Below, piece by piece: positions 37,867 to 49,004 of a stretch of DNA of 64,000 nt. Source of the stretch: Cladosporium halotolerans. Its lineage: Eukaryota. The translations under genes were made by a program, and so were the position numbers. Location of the stretch: NCBI RefSeq assembly GCF_011745625.1, contig NW_027191466.1, forward strand, positions 496,001-560,000. The letters are read 5' to 3'. Under the pieces are notes generated by a model, which did no database searches, was not told where the DNA came from, and was given only the letters and a program-made list of their open reading frames with translations. Position 1 is the first letter of the stretch. Every line of letters starts with the position of its first letter.

Positions 37867-39978
37867 GAAGGGGGAGGGTTGGGTGAGGGAGGCAGTTGGG
37901 AATGAGAGATGGGGAAGTTGATGCTGTGTAGTGATATACCAGTAGCGAGGCTGTTGCTTTTGCCGTCATCAACTGAGACTGAAAAAGCCTAAAGGGAGGT
38001 TTACTGGTTCAACAGTGAAAATGCTGGCGCCTATTTGGCGAGTCTTGTGAAGTGCAAATCTATAACAAGGGACGTGGAGATACAGAGACGGGGCTGTCCG
38101 TTCGTCGAGCTGTTGCTCTGAAATCCGATGACCTGTCTCTCTGGTGATTGTTCAGACGGAAGAGCAAGGCCGTTAGCTACCTTGATTATATTGTCTGGGG
38201 CCCGAGGGCGACACGGTGGGACTTCGTCCACGTATTCTACTCTTTACAGGCTCGTAGGTGGAGAAAGCCCGGCTGAAAACGCTTGTGGCTTCTACACCTA
38301 GGGATGGCAAATGGTGTAGTGGATTGCAAAGGATTGTCTGACCCTCTCCAAGTGGCCCCCCTTCACTTGGTGCTGTTCGTGCTCGTCATCCGAGGGTCTT
38401 TTGCTGGAAGCACTCAAGCATCTGCAAGGACAAGTCAGGTATTGGTCGAAACATGCATGCGTCTTATCGTCGAGAAGAGCGAACTGTCTCAGTGTACCAC
38501 GACATCGAAGTCTAAGACCCCCTCTTGAAGATTCCTGAGGAGAGACTCATCTTGATGCTCAACCCTTGATGAGAGTCACAGATTACCAGATATGACGCTG
38601 CGGCGCGTACTGCGCAAAGTAGCTCTGTAGATCTTACAACGGCTGCCGCTCTAGACGCTGTGCTCGATTGCGGCTCGAGAACTCTGTGGCGTTCGGGCGC
38701 GTAGCTCAAAAGGGTGGCCCCTCAGGGTAATTGCGATAAGCGGATTGAAGCTCAATGCTCTGTGGTGCTGAGGTACTCAGACGTAAAAGCAAACGTCACA
38801 GAGGCTTCGAATTCGACCTGTTGCGAGACTTCTCCGCACGACTGCTATGTGGCCAGACTCGGAGACATGGCTTGTATGCATGTCATACTCTCAAGATGGA
38901 TTTCGAATCAATATTGTTACGAGTAGAAGAGGGTATGTTGGTAGCCAATGGAGGCTTCCGGCATGAACGCCACTGGACGGTCGGCGGATCGAGACATTCC
39001 TCGAATCGACTGATGGCAGTGATAGCCAGACCTTGAGCCGTGTCTGCGACTCTGTCTAAGCGGCCCACGCACCCGGGGAAGTGCCTACCTCGAACCTTCT
39101 ATGCTCGTTCCGTGCCTGATCTACCGGGATGCATCTATACTGTATTATTGCCGAGATCTTGGCGCTTCCGCCAAGAAATGCTTTGGACTTCAGCGATCAT
39201 GGATTCTATGCTGAGCGGCGGAACAGCATGTGCAAATGAGCTTTGCGAAGGGGCGGCAAGGTCCTAACGGCTCGTCGAAGAAGACTCACCATCAGTCTCT
39301 CGCAAACAAAGCAAGTAGCGAAGCATACTTGCGCCTTTGCGTGGAAATGGGATCTCATTGCCCGTAACACTTTCATAGTAAAATCACAGCGACCGCTGTC
39401 AGTTCTCCACCTCCGCCCTCGCCTCACTAAGTACCACGAGGGCTGCCCTATGAGCAATGTCCTGCTGGTTATAGAAGCTCGATGAGGCAGTGCATGTGAG
39501 CTTAAAGTTTAAGCCTTAAACAGCATGCCTTCCAACCCACGAATCAACTTGTCACATCATGTCACTGAGACCAAAGAGTGGTTGAGCGAGAACATCGCCC
39601 AGTGGAACGAGTGCAGCTGAAGGGGGAATGCAAAGACGGCACGACTTGTCGAGTGCTATCGTGCGTATCGCACGAATCCTCTCCTCACCGTGACAAATAT
39701 CCAAAGGGCGTAGGAACAGACCTCATCTGGGTTACCTCAACCGCCTCGCATGCATGTGGCGTTTTCTCAACACAGTGCAAACCGGGTTCTGGAGCTGCAA
39801 GTCAATGGAGCTCGGAGCATGATCTCTATCAAGCTCTCCGTGTAGGTCAATAAGCAAAGCAAGAGCTACAACGAGAACATATAAGGCACCAAAGGTGCGC
39901 GCGTAGCTCTGTCTTGTTCTCAAAATACGATCTCAGCTTCTCCCAGAACGTGAACAATCACCACAATACGACTTCAAT

Positions 39979-40308
39979 ATGCGTCTTTCGGTCGCCGCAG
40001 TGCTTCCTCTTCTTCTCGGCGCAGCTTACGCTGACTACTACGTCGATTGCAACGACGGCAAAGGTCACCATGAGAAGTACAACAAGCCCATGAAAAAGGG
40101 CGACAAGACAGACTGCCATAAATTCACCTACGGCATGCAGAACTTCGAGTATTGGCAGGATGATGGAAGGAACTACAAGTTCGAATTTTTCGAGGATGAC
40201 AAATGCAAGGGAAAGAAGCACGACAAGAAGACTAGCAAGAAGAAGCATGAGAAGAAGAAGGAGAAGGAGCCCAAGGAGTGTTGGAGCTACAAGGCTTACT
40301 GCGAGTGA
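39979..40308 (+). CDS. Small secreted Lys-rich protein with 5 Cys (effector/antimicrobial-like)
   Basis: 109 aa with hydrophobic signal peptide MRLSVAAVLPLLLGAAYA, biased codon usage, and a TATA-like catataa about 100 nt upstream. Confidence 0.85.
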   Translation: MRLSVAAVLPLLLGAAYADYYVDCNDGKGHHEKYNKPMKKGDKTDCHKFTYGMQNFEYWQDDGRNYKFEFFEDDKCKGKKHDKKTSKKKHEKKKEKEPKECWSYKAYCE

Positions 40309-42254
40309 AGCGATACTCACAAACACTCAATAAGCAGACATGGTATGTGATGCTTGATCATTGATGCAATAACATTTTCCGTCCGTCGAGTACTTACCAC
40401 TCTCTCGGGCATCCAGACAGTACCACAGTCGTTACCGATCCAGACTCTGCGAGCGATTGACAGCCTTTCCAGAAGTCTGTTACCGACACGCCAGTCTTTC
40501 CCGAAACCAGCCGAGAACTTGAATTATAATTGAAATTGAGTATAGTGCAATGTTCGTTACATGATGAAGTGTGACGCGGCCCAATGCCTCATTCTGCTTG
40601 ACCAGATTCTCAAATTCACTTGCAAGCCACGTGATGTCGGTCTGAAAGCCATGCAATCCCCTGTCCATTGTTTCATTGTGTTTGCAAACGTTGGAAATTA
40701 TTTGTCAGATAATAGGGTGTGAGGTGCTGATGTCTCCAAAAGCACATCCCGCGCCAAAGCTAAGCGAAGGCGCATGAGACTGCGGCAGGAGTACATTCCT
40801 GTCTGAGGTTGAGGTACTCACTACAGCGCCAAGCAATCGACTGCTTCAATTGTTCAAGCATTCATTACATTTATCTGGCTATATGGCTGGTGATCTCGCA
40901 AGATGCAAGTTGCGGCACAAGGCTGTGACCGATGCCCACTATGTTGTCGCTTTGTTTCTTCATGTCGAAGAAGAATGAATAGCTGGTACATGGGTCTTGA
41001 CCGTAATCATCATTGACGAATCAACGATGAGGCCGTTGGAATAAATAGTCGTCATTTGCAGTGATGTTGACGGAGAGTGAAGAGTGTAAGCCGTCCAGCA
41101 ATATTAGTTATTTCCAGCAGATGTTGATGGATTCATTAATGGCTTTGCACTTTGCGCTTTCCCCCCACCTGTTCGTTAACATCACGACATTGATGAATCG
41201 CGCCATGGGTGGAACAATGGACCTCGCTGCCATCTCCGTCTTCATCAACGTCGCTACGGACGAGATCTACTGGCTTAACTTCGGCTGAGATAGGAACTAC
41301 ATCCGCGCACCATCACAGACGTCACGCGACGACTGCACGCGATATTCAGAAGTGAAGCGATCGATGATGATCGATGATCAGAAAAGCAAATTTCATTGAT
41401 GTGTCCGTATTCCCCAACCCCGAGACCTCAAACGCTACAGGTACTACCCTAATCGCCCATGAATGGCCATTCATCTTCATTCCTGTAATTAGAAAAGAAA
41501 ATAGGCCCAATCCTAAACCGACATTTTGTTTCTCCTTCCCTTACAAAAGCCATCACAGCCGCCTGGGAAGCCATCATACAAGAGGAAAGTCGTAACATCG
41601 TCGGAAGGTCGTATTCTTTTCGCCTCGCACAAAGAAACCAAACCGGTCGTCATTATCCCTTCTGCCAAACAAGATCATCAAAATGTGCGCCAAGCGCTGG
41701 TATAGAGCGCTCAAGAACACGTGATATGAAAATGGCAGAAAGACTCGTACACGTATGGCTTTTCCCAGTTGTTTCCCCCAACCGAGCGCTTAGAACGCCG
41801 AGATGGTATTGGGAAGCGTAAGAGGCCGCTTTCGAAATGAAAAAGAAAGCTTTTCCTTTTCCTTGCCCAGCAGTGAAAGACCGATGTAATGGCCGACCGT
41901 AGAAAGTAAATGTAATCCGAAAATCTCGCAAATCAATGTGTGCGTGAAAAGGCCGTGAGAGATAAGAATGGAATGTCGTTGAAAGCCCTGGAACGCCGTC
42001 GCTGAATGGAAAGCAGGTAGTAAACGTGCGTGTAATGATGTAAGTCGTCTTAGCCCGATGGACGGGCGAGTGAGGGCGGTGTACTGTTGGATATTCATGA
42101 TCGACGCTCATATCCACCATCGCGGTTTAGATGGTCTGGGGCGAGCGGCCGCATTTTGGTCGTCAACAATCATAGTCGACAATCATGTCCACGATCATGA
42201 TCGTGCATAGGATTTCCCGACCTCCTCCGCCTCCGCCCCATATCGCTTCAATAA

Positions 42255-44270
42255 TCACAACCGCCTCTCATATCCCCCATCATGATCATGAATCGTATCC
42301 CTCCTGGCCCTCCCCCTATCGCTCCCGCCCCTACTCCCACCAGCCCGACTGCCCGAGCTCTTCGACGAGCCGGCATGGTAGCTCCTGTCCCTCGGCGGCG
42401 AGCTGGAGCCGATAACCCACGTCTCGCCCTCGTCCGTCTGGCGGACCTCGAGCGTCGTGTTGATCGGGATGTTGAACACCGTGTCGCCGCGCTGGATCTG
42501 GATCGTCGAGTCCTGGCGCGAGGCGCCGCTCTTGCGGCTGCCGCCCGAGACGTGGCTGGCGGGCTTCTTGCTGTCGGCGTGGGAGGGCGCCTGCGTGCGC
42601 TTGACGTTCTCCGTCGTCAGGGTCGCGGGCTGGGGGTCGCCGCGCGTGCGCGCTTGGTAGGCTTCGGCTTCGTCCTCGCGCTGCTGCTGCTGGAGGCGCA
42701 GGGCTTTGGACTCGGCTTGCTCGCGCGTCGGGTAGGTGTATTTGCGGCCGTGGGCGTCTTCGACGATGTACTGCTGGGAGGGGCGGGAGGTTTGCGAGAG
42801 GGAGGAGGATTTGTGGCGGCCGTGCTGCGAGGAGCCGTGGGAGACGGAGGACTGGCGGCTGGGGCGGTTGGAGGTGGATGAAGAGTAGGAGAGGCGTTTG
42901 TCGACGACAGCGCGGGCCGTGCGGTCGGAGTCGACGTAGTCGGAGGACGACAGGTCTGGGTCGGAGTACTGGTGGCCGCGTCGGGTGATCTCGCGGGTTG
43001 GGTGTCGTATGTCGACCGGCGTCGTTCTAGACGTCCTCAGAGAAGGCCGTCGCGCGGGTACGAGAGCAGGAGGCGGCATGGCTCTCCTATCTCTGTCCTC
43101 TAATTCGTAACGCGCCCGCTCTCTCTCGTACTCACGTCGGCGGACACGTTCGTACCGTCGACCGTCGTCGTATTCATCATCGCCACTCTGAGACGACTCG
43201 GACTCTGATCCGGAATCGGGAAGAGCCGCATCACCGCCAGGAAAGCTGCCTGGCATGAGCGAAGACCGCCTAGCCGAGATAGTAGACTGGCTGGTCTGCT
43301 GCCGTGTCAGACTGTTACTAGGCATTTCGTAGCTAGTTGCGGCCGCATTGCCCTGCCGAGCCGAATATGTCGACGGCAAAGCGTGTTGGTAGCCTGTACC
43401 TGGGGAGGAAGACAGCATGTTGCCACCAGTGGGCGGCATGTATGATCCGTAAGAGTCACGTGGCGATCCTGAGGTCAGCTGGCCGGCCGTTGCCTGCCAG
43501 TTCGCGTTGGGATACTGGCTGGTGTACGAGCTGCCGTATGCCGATGGCGAGGGCGGCGGGCCATGTTGCTGGGTGGTGTATCCCTGCGATGGTAGAGCGC
43601 CACCCTGTGGGTAGCCTGCTGCCCAACTCAACGGACGGGCGGGGCGGGAAGCCGATGGAGCCCTTGGGCGAGGTTGAGGCGCGGCTGAGTAGTTGTATCC
43701 AGGTGCGTGCTGCATATAGTGGTAGGTCGAGGCTTGGGCGTATGATGCGGCCGTCACCGGGTCGTGGACGGGGAAATGTGTGGTAGTTGATCGTTGCAGC
43801 GGCTGCTGCTGCATCTGTGGTCTGGAAGGCAAGACATATTGCCGCGAGGTGTTTTGCGCACTCGGACAGCCTGGATCATCACACAGCGGATTCGTGCACA
43901 ACGCTGGTCTAGACACTGACGCTGACCGTGAAGGGCGTTGCTGAGTCTGTTGGCCGTCACCTGGATGAACGATAGGCTTACTAGATCTGGAGGCGACCGG
44001 CTGCGAGCTTCGTGTCACGCGCTGGTTGGCTGCGACGGGCTGGGAGTGCGCGCTGCTCGCCGCCGTATTGTTGCTGACGTGCGACGAGTATCCGGAATCG
44101 CTAGCGGCGTCCCGTTTGCGTGGTTGTTGCGGGCGGGCTAGAACCCTGGCGGCGGGAGTATCGTGCTTGCGCGCTTCGATCCGTGTATCAGGCCTGGCAG
44201 CACTCTCGTCGCTGTCATAATCTTCAACATACGGCACCGACGGCGGTGGGTGGCGGTGACCCTCAGGCAT
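42255..44270 (-). CDS. Hypothetical Ser/Arg/Gln/Pro-rich protein, 671 aa
   Basis: Long ATG-started ORF with motifs PYVEDYDSD, DSGYSS and CTNPLCDDPGC, and long non-coding flanks. No family recognised. Confidence 0.85.
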   Translation of the reverse strand: MPEGHRHPPPSVPYVEDYDSDESAARPDTRIEARKHDTPAARVLARPQQPRKRDAASDSGYSSHVSNNTAASSAHSQPVAANQRVTRSSQPVASRSSKPIVHPGDGQQTQQRPSRSASVSRPALCTNPLCDDPGCPSAQNTSRQYVLPSRPQMQQQPLQRSTTTHFPVHDPVTAASYAQASTYHYMQHAPGYNYSAAPQPRPRAPSASRPARPLSWAAGYPQGGALPSQGYTTQQHGPPPSPSAYGSSYTSQYPNANWQATAGQLTSGSPRDSYGSYMPPTGGNMLSSSPGTGYQHALPSTYSARQGNAAATSYEMPSNSLTRQQTSQSTISARRSSLMPGSFPGGDAALPDSGSESESSQSGDDEYDDGRRYERVRRREYERERARYELEDRDRRAMPPPALVPARRPSLRTSRTTPVDIRHPTREITRRGHQYSDPDLSSSDYVDSDRTARAVVDKRLSYSSSTSNRPSRQSSVSHGSSQHGRHKSSSLSQTSRPSQQYIVEDAHGRKYTYPTREQAESKALRLQQQQREDEAEAYQARTRGDPQPATLTTENVKRTQAPSHADSKKPASHVSGGSRKSGASRQDSTIQIQRGDTVFNIPINTTLEVRQTDEGETWVIGSSSPPRDRSYHAGSSKSSGSRAGGSRGGSDRGRARRDTIHDHDGGYERRL

Positions 44271-45538
44271 CTTCGGTGTTGCCTTGAGAGGCGCGGTATC
44301 TCGGGGGTCGACTGGGTTGTTTCGCCGCTACGCGACGATCGGAGCGGAACGGTTGAAGTTGCCTTGGTCCCGCAGTGGGCGGGCGAAAGCTGATCGGCTC
44401 GTGTTCTTGATCGGTGAGGAGCGTCACCGCGCCTGAACGACAGACAGCGTTGTGTGCATGCGCGAGAGCCTTTGATTCATTGTTGGATGTCTCGGAGGTG
44501 GTGTCGTCGCAAGGCAAAGAAAACGTCAGAAGGCAGAAAAGGCGCCGGATGACTGTTTGCGCTGCGAGCGAAGGGCCGCTAGGGCTGCTGGCTGCCTTCG
44601 CGAATCATGCACGGCGGAAGCTGGGTCACAATGAACGAGGCGCATGCGACGTGGGAAGCCGAAGCATGGCGGACGCGCGGAGAGGATAGGGAGTGTGGCA
44701 GCTTGGGCAGGCGCCAGCTGGGAGGGACGCGGCCTGTGGAGCGCCGGGCATGAATGGGCAGACGAGGCAGATCAGACTAGAAGTGAAACATGCTGAGGAA
44801 CAACAGAAGGAATCGCTGGAGCCCAAAAGTCTGGGGAACTGGACATGGATATGGGCAGGAGGGCGCGCGACGGCGAGGACGGCGAGGCACTTGTATGGCC
44901 ACTAGACGAGACCAGTCGTGGCAGCTACTTTCTAGCGCTGCATGTGCAGTCTCAAGGGTGGATGCCGACGTGCAGGATGCCCACCAGGAGATGGCGGGAT
45001 AGCGCGTCCGTCGCCGGGCAGCAGACCAGCGCGCGACTGCTGCGGGCGGCGAGGTGGTGTGGTGGCACAGAGGGCGCGCCGGTGTGGATGGCACGCACGG
45101 CGAGCGGCGCATGCAGTCGTAGAGGCTGTCATGCGGTTGGTGGGAGTGGCAGCAGGCGGCGGCTTTACTGTAGGTCTCGCAATGCGACCCCGGCCAACCG
45201 TACAGTGCTCTGCGCATCATTGCGCCAACGGGCTCCATGTACCGATCGTCTGTACTTCCTTAAGGTTGTCCGCTTCGGGCGCGACTGGGCGGCAAACGGC
45301 CAGAGCGGACCTCGCCATCTCTGCGTACCTCTCGGCCTGCCTACATGTAGTCGTCGACCTCACCTCCCCCGGTGGACGTGTGCGTATGTGCGTGTTTGTC
45401 CAGCAGACCGCCAGCGTCATCCGCGCGACGGCATTTCACGCGCGCACGCCTGCGGCTACACGCTGGCAGCTGCAACCCGTCACCGGAAAGCTGCAAGACA
45501 TCCAGACGGCAGTGGGCGCGGGCGGCGCGCGGACACGT

Positions 45539-45590
45539 GCCGGAGGAGAGAGGGACGGGCGCCGGAGGAGAGAGAGGGACGGGCGCCGGC
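45539..45590. repeat. Tandem duplication of a 22/24-nt purine-rich unit
   Basis: gccggaggagagagggacgggc followed by gccggaggagagagagggacgggc and a partial third unit. Confidence 0.8.
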
Positions 45591-46460
45591 TCGCTCGCGG
45601 CGATCGGAGGAGCAGCGTGAAGTCGAGCAGAAAAGCCAAAAAGTTCGCGACGCCGTTCCCTCTTCACCGCTCTTTCTGTCGAAGTGGACCACCACGGCGC
45701 GCCGCACCAATTGCAGCCGCGAGGCCCGGCCTTGGGCTGCGGGCATGTGAATGGCGAGCGCAGCGATCGGGGTGTGTTGAGATTGCGCCTCCGCCGGGTG
45801 CGTCGCGGGCAGTGGTTATAGGCATGGGGGAGGACGCATTTCGCGACTGGGATGCGTACAGGCCGTCTTGCCTTCGTCGGCGGCGAGCGAGCCGCCTGGT
45901 ATTTGAACCGCGCCCGCACGTGTGCGGATGGCGGGCGGGCAAACGAGCGACGTCGTCGACGTGAGGCTCGCGGACCCTCTCTCCACGCTGTGCGACCACA
46001 CACACACCAGCCTCGACTGAGACACCGCAACTTTGGGGCCCAGAGTTTGGCCGTGCGCGGGCTCGACGAGGAAGGTGTTCGTCAGCTATCTGCGAACCCA
46101 GAACGATAGCGGACGAGCTATAGCTCGGGATGGAGCTGTCGGGTGGTGGCAGGCAAACATGACAAGCTCGGTGAAGACACCTGTGGTGCAACATTGAGTT
46201 GTTCGACGGAGATCAGTTGCCCTCTTGGACAATGACGATTGAAGTAAGATATATTGGATTTGGGCTACGTGCTTGCGCGTGTGAGTATGCTATCAAATTA
46301 CGGGTCATGCAGATTCCGCCGCGCCAGCGACATTGGATCTGTCGCTGCGTCGAAAGCCAAGAGCACGATCTGAGGATGGCTCCTTGGCCGTCCTCGGTCG
46401 ATCAATGCTTTGTCATTACCGAGGGCCACTGTTCGGGAATGTTCCACCGAAGCTCCCCTC

Positions 46461-48575
46461 TTACATCCTCTCCACAGGCGTGAGGCCAAGCAGCTTCATG
46501 CCGTTGGCCAGCACCTGCCTGGCGCTCTCGTACAGGCCCATGAGCGCCACCTTCTTCTCGGGGCTCTCGGCGTAGACGACACTCATCGTCTTGGCGTTCT
46601 TGTTGCTGGTGTCCTTGGCGTCGTAGCACGAGCTGAGAGCCTTGGACATCTTGAAAAGGTAAGTGAGAACAGTGACAGGCTCCTGAGTCTTGAGCGTGTT
46701 GTTGAAGACGTCGGGCCACTGGGCAAGGGTACGGACAAGGTCGATGCCCTCCTTCGCGGTGATCAGGCTGAAGTCGGCGTTGGCGAGGTCAGAGTCCGAA
46801 AGCTCCGACTTGCGCTTCATGGAGCACAGACGGGCGTGCGCATACTGCAGGTAGGGACCGGTGTCACCCTCGAAGGAAGTCATGCGTTCCATATCGAAGT
46901 TGTAGCCGTTGGCCATCTTGCCGCTGAAGTCCTGGACCATAATCGAGGAGATACCGAGGATGTCCGCAGTGCCTTCGGGGTCCTCGACCTGCTTGTACTT
47001 GTCCTCGTTCTTCTTCATCACGTCGTGCATGAAGTTGTGCACGTCGTCCAAGCTGTCGGCCAGCGAGATGACAGTGCCCTTGCGAGTGCTCATGGTCTGG
47101 CCCTTGGGGTCCTTCACCATACCGAACGACAGGTTCTCGCACTTGCCGACGATATCGCTGTAGGGTGAGCCCATGAGGCGCAGGATCTCGAAGAACTGCG
47201 CAACGTGGGTGTCCTGCTGAGACGCAATGACGTAGATCATCTTGTCGAAGTGGTACTTGTCGTGACGCTCGCTGTTGGCAGCAATGTCACGGGTGAGGTA
47301 CAGCGAGGTACCGTCCCTCTTCTTCACCAGGGTCTTGCCCAACTTGGGCTTGCCGTGCTTGCCGAAGTCGACGAGCACGGCTCCTTCGCTGAGCTCGGTC
47401 AGACCACGCTCATCCATGACCTTCGCAGCGCGCTCCATATCCTCCTCCAGGACAGTCGACTCGCCACTGTAGTCGTCGAAGTAAATGTTAAGACGAGCGT
47501 ACATGTCCTTGTACTTCTCGATGGAGTAGTCGCGGAATCGTTGCCAGTTGGCAATAGCCTCAGGCTCGCCATCCACCATGCGCTTGAAGAAGCGGCGGGC
47601 CTTCTCGTCAATGCTAGGCTTCTCCTCGAGCTCCTTCAGGACAGCCTGCAGCTTCTTGATAGTCTCCTCGAGCTCGGCCTCCTGCTCGTCGGTCCACTTG
47701 TGCTCAGGGACGGGCTGGGGCTTCTCACCCTTGGCGGGCTTCTTGGGCTTGGGAGGGACCTTCTGCTTTTTGAGGTCGTCGATCTTAGCCTTGAGCTCGT
47801 TCGCAGGCTTCTGCTCGACGTAGTTGTCCTGGTTGATCTTGACGTAGACCTCGTTCAAGTGCTTGACAGCATCCTCCTTGAGAGCGTCCTCGTTGCCGTA
47901 CTTGTCGAAGCCCTGAGAAAGAACACCGTACTGCTTGCCCCAGTCACCAAGGTAGTTCATGGAAAGAGTCTTCCAGCCAGCGCGCTCGTAAAGCTTCACG
48001 AGGAAGCCGCCGATGATGGTACTCCTCAAGTGGCCAGTGTGGAACTCCTTAGCGATGTTGGGACTCGAGTACTCGACGATGACGAGCTTCTGGGGGCTGT
48101 TAGGATCGCTGGGGTCGGTGTGGCCAAGCGAGCTGTTGAAACCGTACTGGTCCTTCTGCTTGAGGATGGTAGGGCCAGTCAACTGCGCCAGCGCAGTCGG
48201 CTCGAAGAAGAAACGGACGAAACCCTTGTCGGCCGTGGGCTTCTGGACGAGAGGCGACTCGAACTTTTCGGCGATCTCGGCGGCCAGCTCGTCGGGCTTC
48301 TTGCCCTTGAAGCGAAGGGCGGCAACGGGCAGGCAAAGGTCGCCGTGCTTGAGGTCCTGGGTCCATTGCACAGCGTTGTCGATCACTTTGGGCTCCGCAC
48401 CAGTGATTTCCTGGACTTTCTTGATGATCTGCGCCCTGTAGACATCGATGGGGTTCACGGTAGGGAAGAGCTGGACATTTTCCAAGGAAGGCACATCGGT
48501 GATGCCCAGCTTTTCAAGCTGAGCATTGATGTGCTGCATTTGCGCGGCATCAGCGCTCGTATTGGTGGCGGCCAT
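46461..48575 (-). CDS. RRS1: Arginyl-tRNA synthetase (in-frame extension to ATG 48764)
   Basis: VEYSSPNIAKEFHTGHLRSTIIG (HIGH-type), NYLGDWGKQYG, DGTSLYLTRDI, MSTRKG (KMSKS-type), FEGDTGPYLQYAHARL, and the C-terminal LLGLTPVERM. Confidence 0.98.
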   Translation of the reverse strand: MAATNTSADAAQMQHINAQLEKLGITDVPSLENVQLFPTVNPIDVYRAQIIKKVQEITGAEPKVIDNAVQWTQDLKHGDLCLPVAALRFKGKKPDELAAEIAEKFESPLVQKPTADKGFVRFFFEPTALAQLTGPTILKQKDQYGFNSSLGHTDPSDPNSPQKLVIVEYSSPNIAKEFHTGHLRSTIIGGFLVKLYERAGWKTLSMNYLGDWGKQYGVLSQGFDKYGNEDALKEDAVKHLNEVYVKINQDNYVEQKPANELKAKIDDLKKQKVPPKPKKPAKGEKPQPVPEHKWTDEQEAELEETIKKLQAVLKELEEKPSIDEKARRFFKRMVDGEPEAIANWQRFRDYSIEKYKDMYARLNIYFDDYSGESTVLEEDMERAAKVMDERGLTELSEGAVLVDFGKHGKPKLGKTLVKKRDGTSLYLTRDIAANSERHDKYHFDKMIYVIASQQDTHVAQFFEILRLMGSPYSDIVGKCENLSFGMVKDPKGQTMSTRKGTVISLADSLDDVHNFMHDVMKKNEDKYKQVEDPEGTADILGISSIMVQDFSGKMANGYNFDMERMTSFEGDTGPYLQYAHARLCSMKRKSELSDSDLANADFSLITAKEGIDLVRTLAQWPDVFNNTLKTQEPVTVLTYLFKMSKALSSCYDAKDTSNKNAKTMSVVYAESPEKKVALMGLYESARQVLANGMKLLGLTPVERM

Positions 48576-48657
48576 GTTGTAATATGCCTTTGAAGAGAAG
48601 GGAAGTCGGAAATTCGGCGCTTTATTGCGTTGCGTTCGTGGCCATGCAAGTCCCCCG

Positions 48658-48719
48658 TGACTCAGGCTGACAGGATATCCGGGTGCAAAAAGCTTTCTGA
48701 CGGAGATGCCGTGTGACTG
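48658..48719. promoter_or_regulatory. Gcn4/CpcA element and Homol-D-like box upstream of the main ArgRS start
   Basis: TGACTCA at 48658-48664 and TGTGACTG at 48712-48719. Confidence 0.45.
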
Positions 48720-49004
48720 TGCAGCCTGTGAAACAGATCGAGAAAAGCTCAACGAGGGAATCATACACAATGAACTTGAGATGGTAGACTGACTAAAGTA
48801 AGGGCTAGACTAATCAAGGTTCGCGGGCAACCCACACAAAAATGTTTGCGTGAAGTTGCCGCGTCGAGCGACGTCACGTGCACGGGTTGGCCCTCCAATC
48901 AGCAAACGCGATTTGAACGTCGAAGGAGAAATGCTCATTACTCGCTAAATAGCTACAAGAAAGACATGGTTACAACCCAGCGTATGTATAATCGTCAAGC
49001 GTGT

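Noticed and set aside
38769..40820. The 11-mer tgaggtactca occurs on both sides of the small secreted protein gene
   Set aside because: An 11-nt match is expected by chance in a region of several kb. There are no terminal inverted repeats, transposase remnants or RIP-like AT-rich sequence.
44400..46400. ORFs of 150-340 aa upstream of the 671-aa gene
   Set aside because: Low-complexity GC-rich non-coding sequence open in several frames, with no coding signature.
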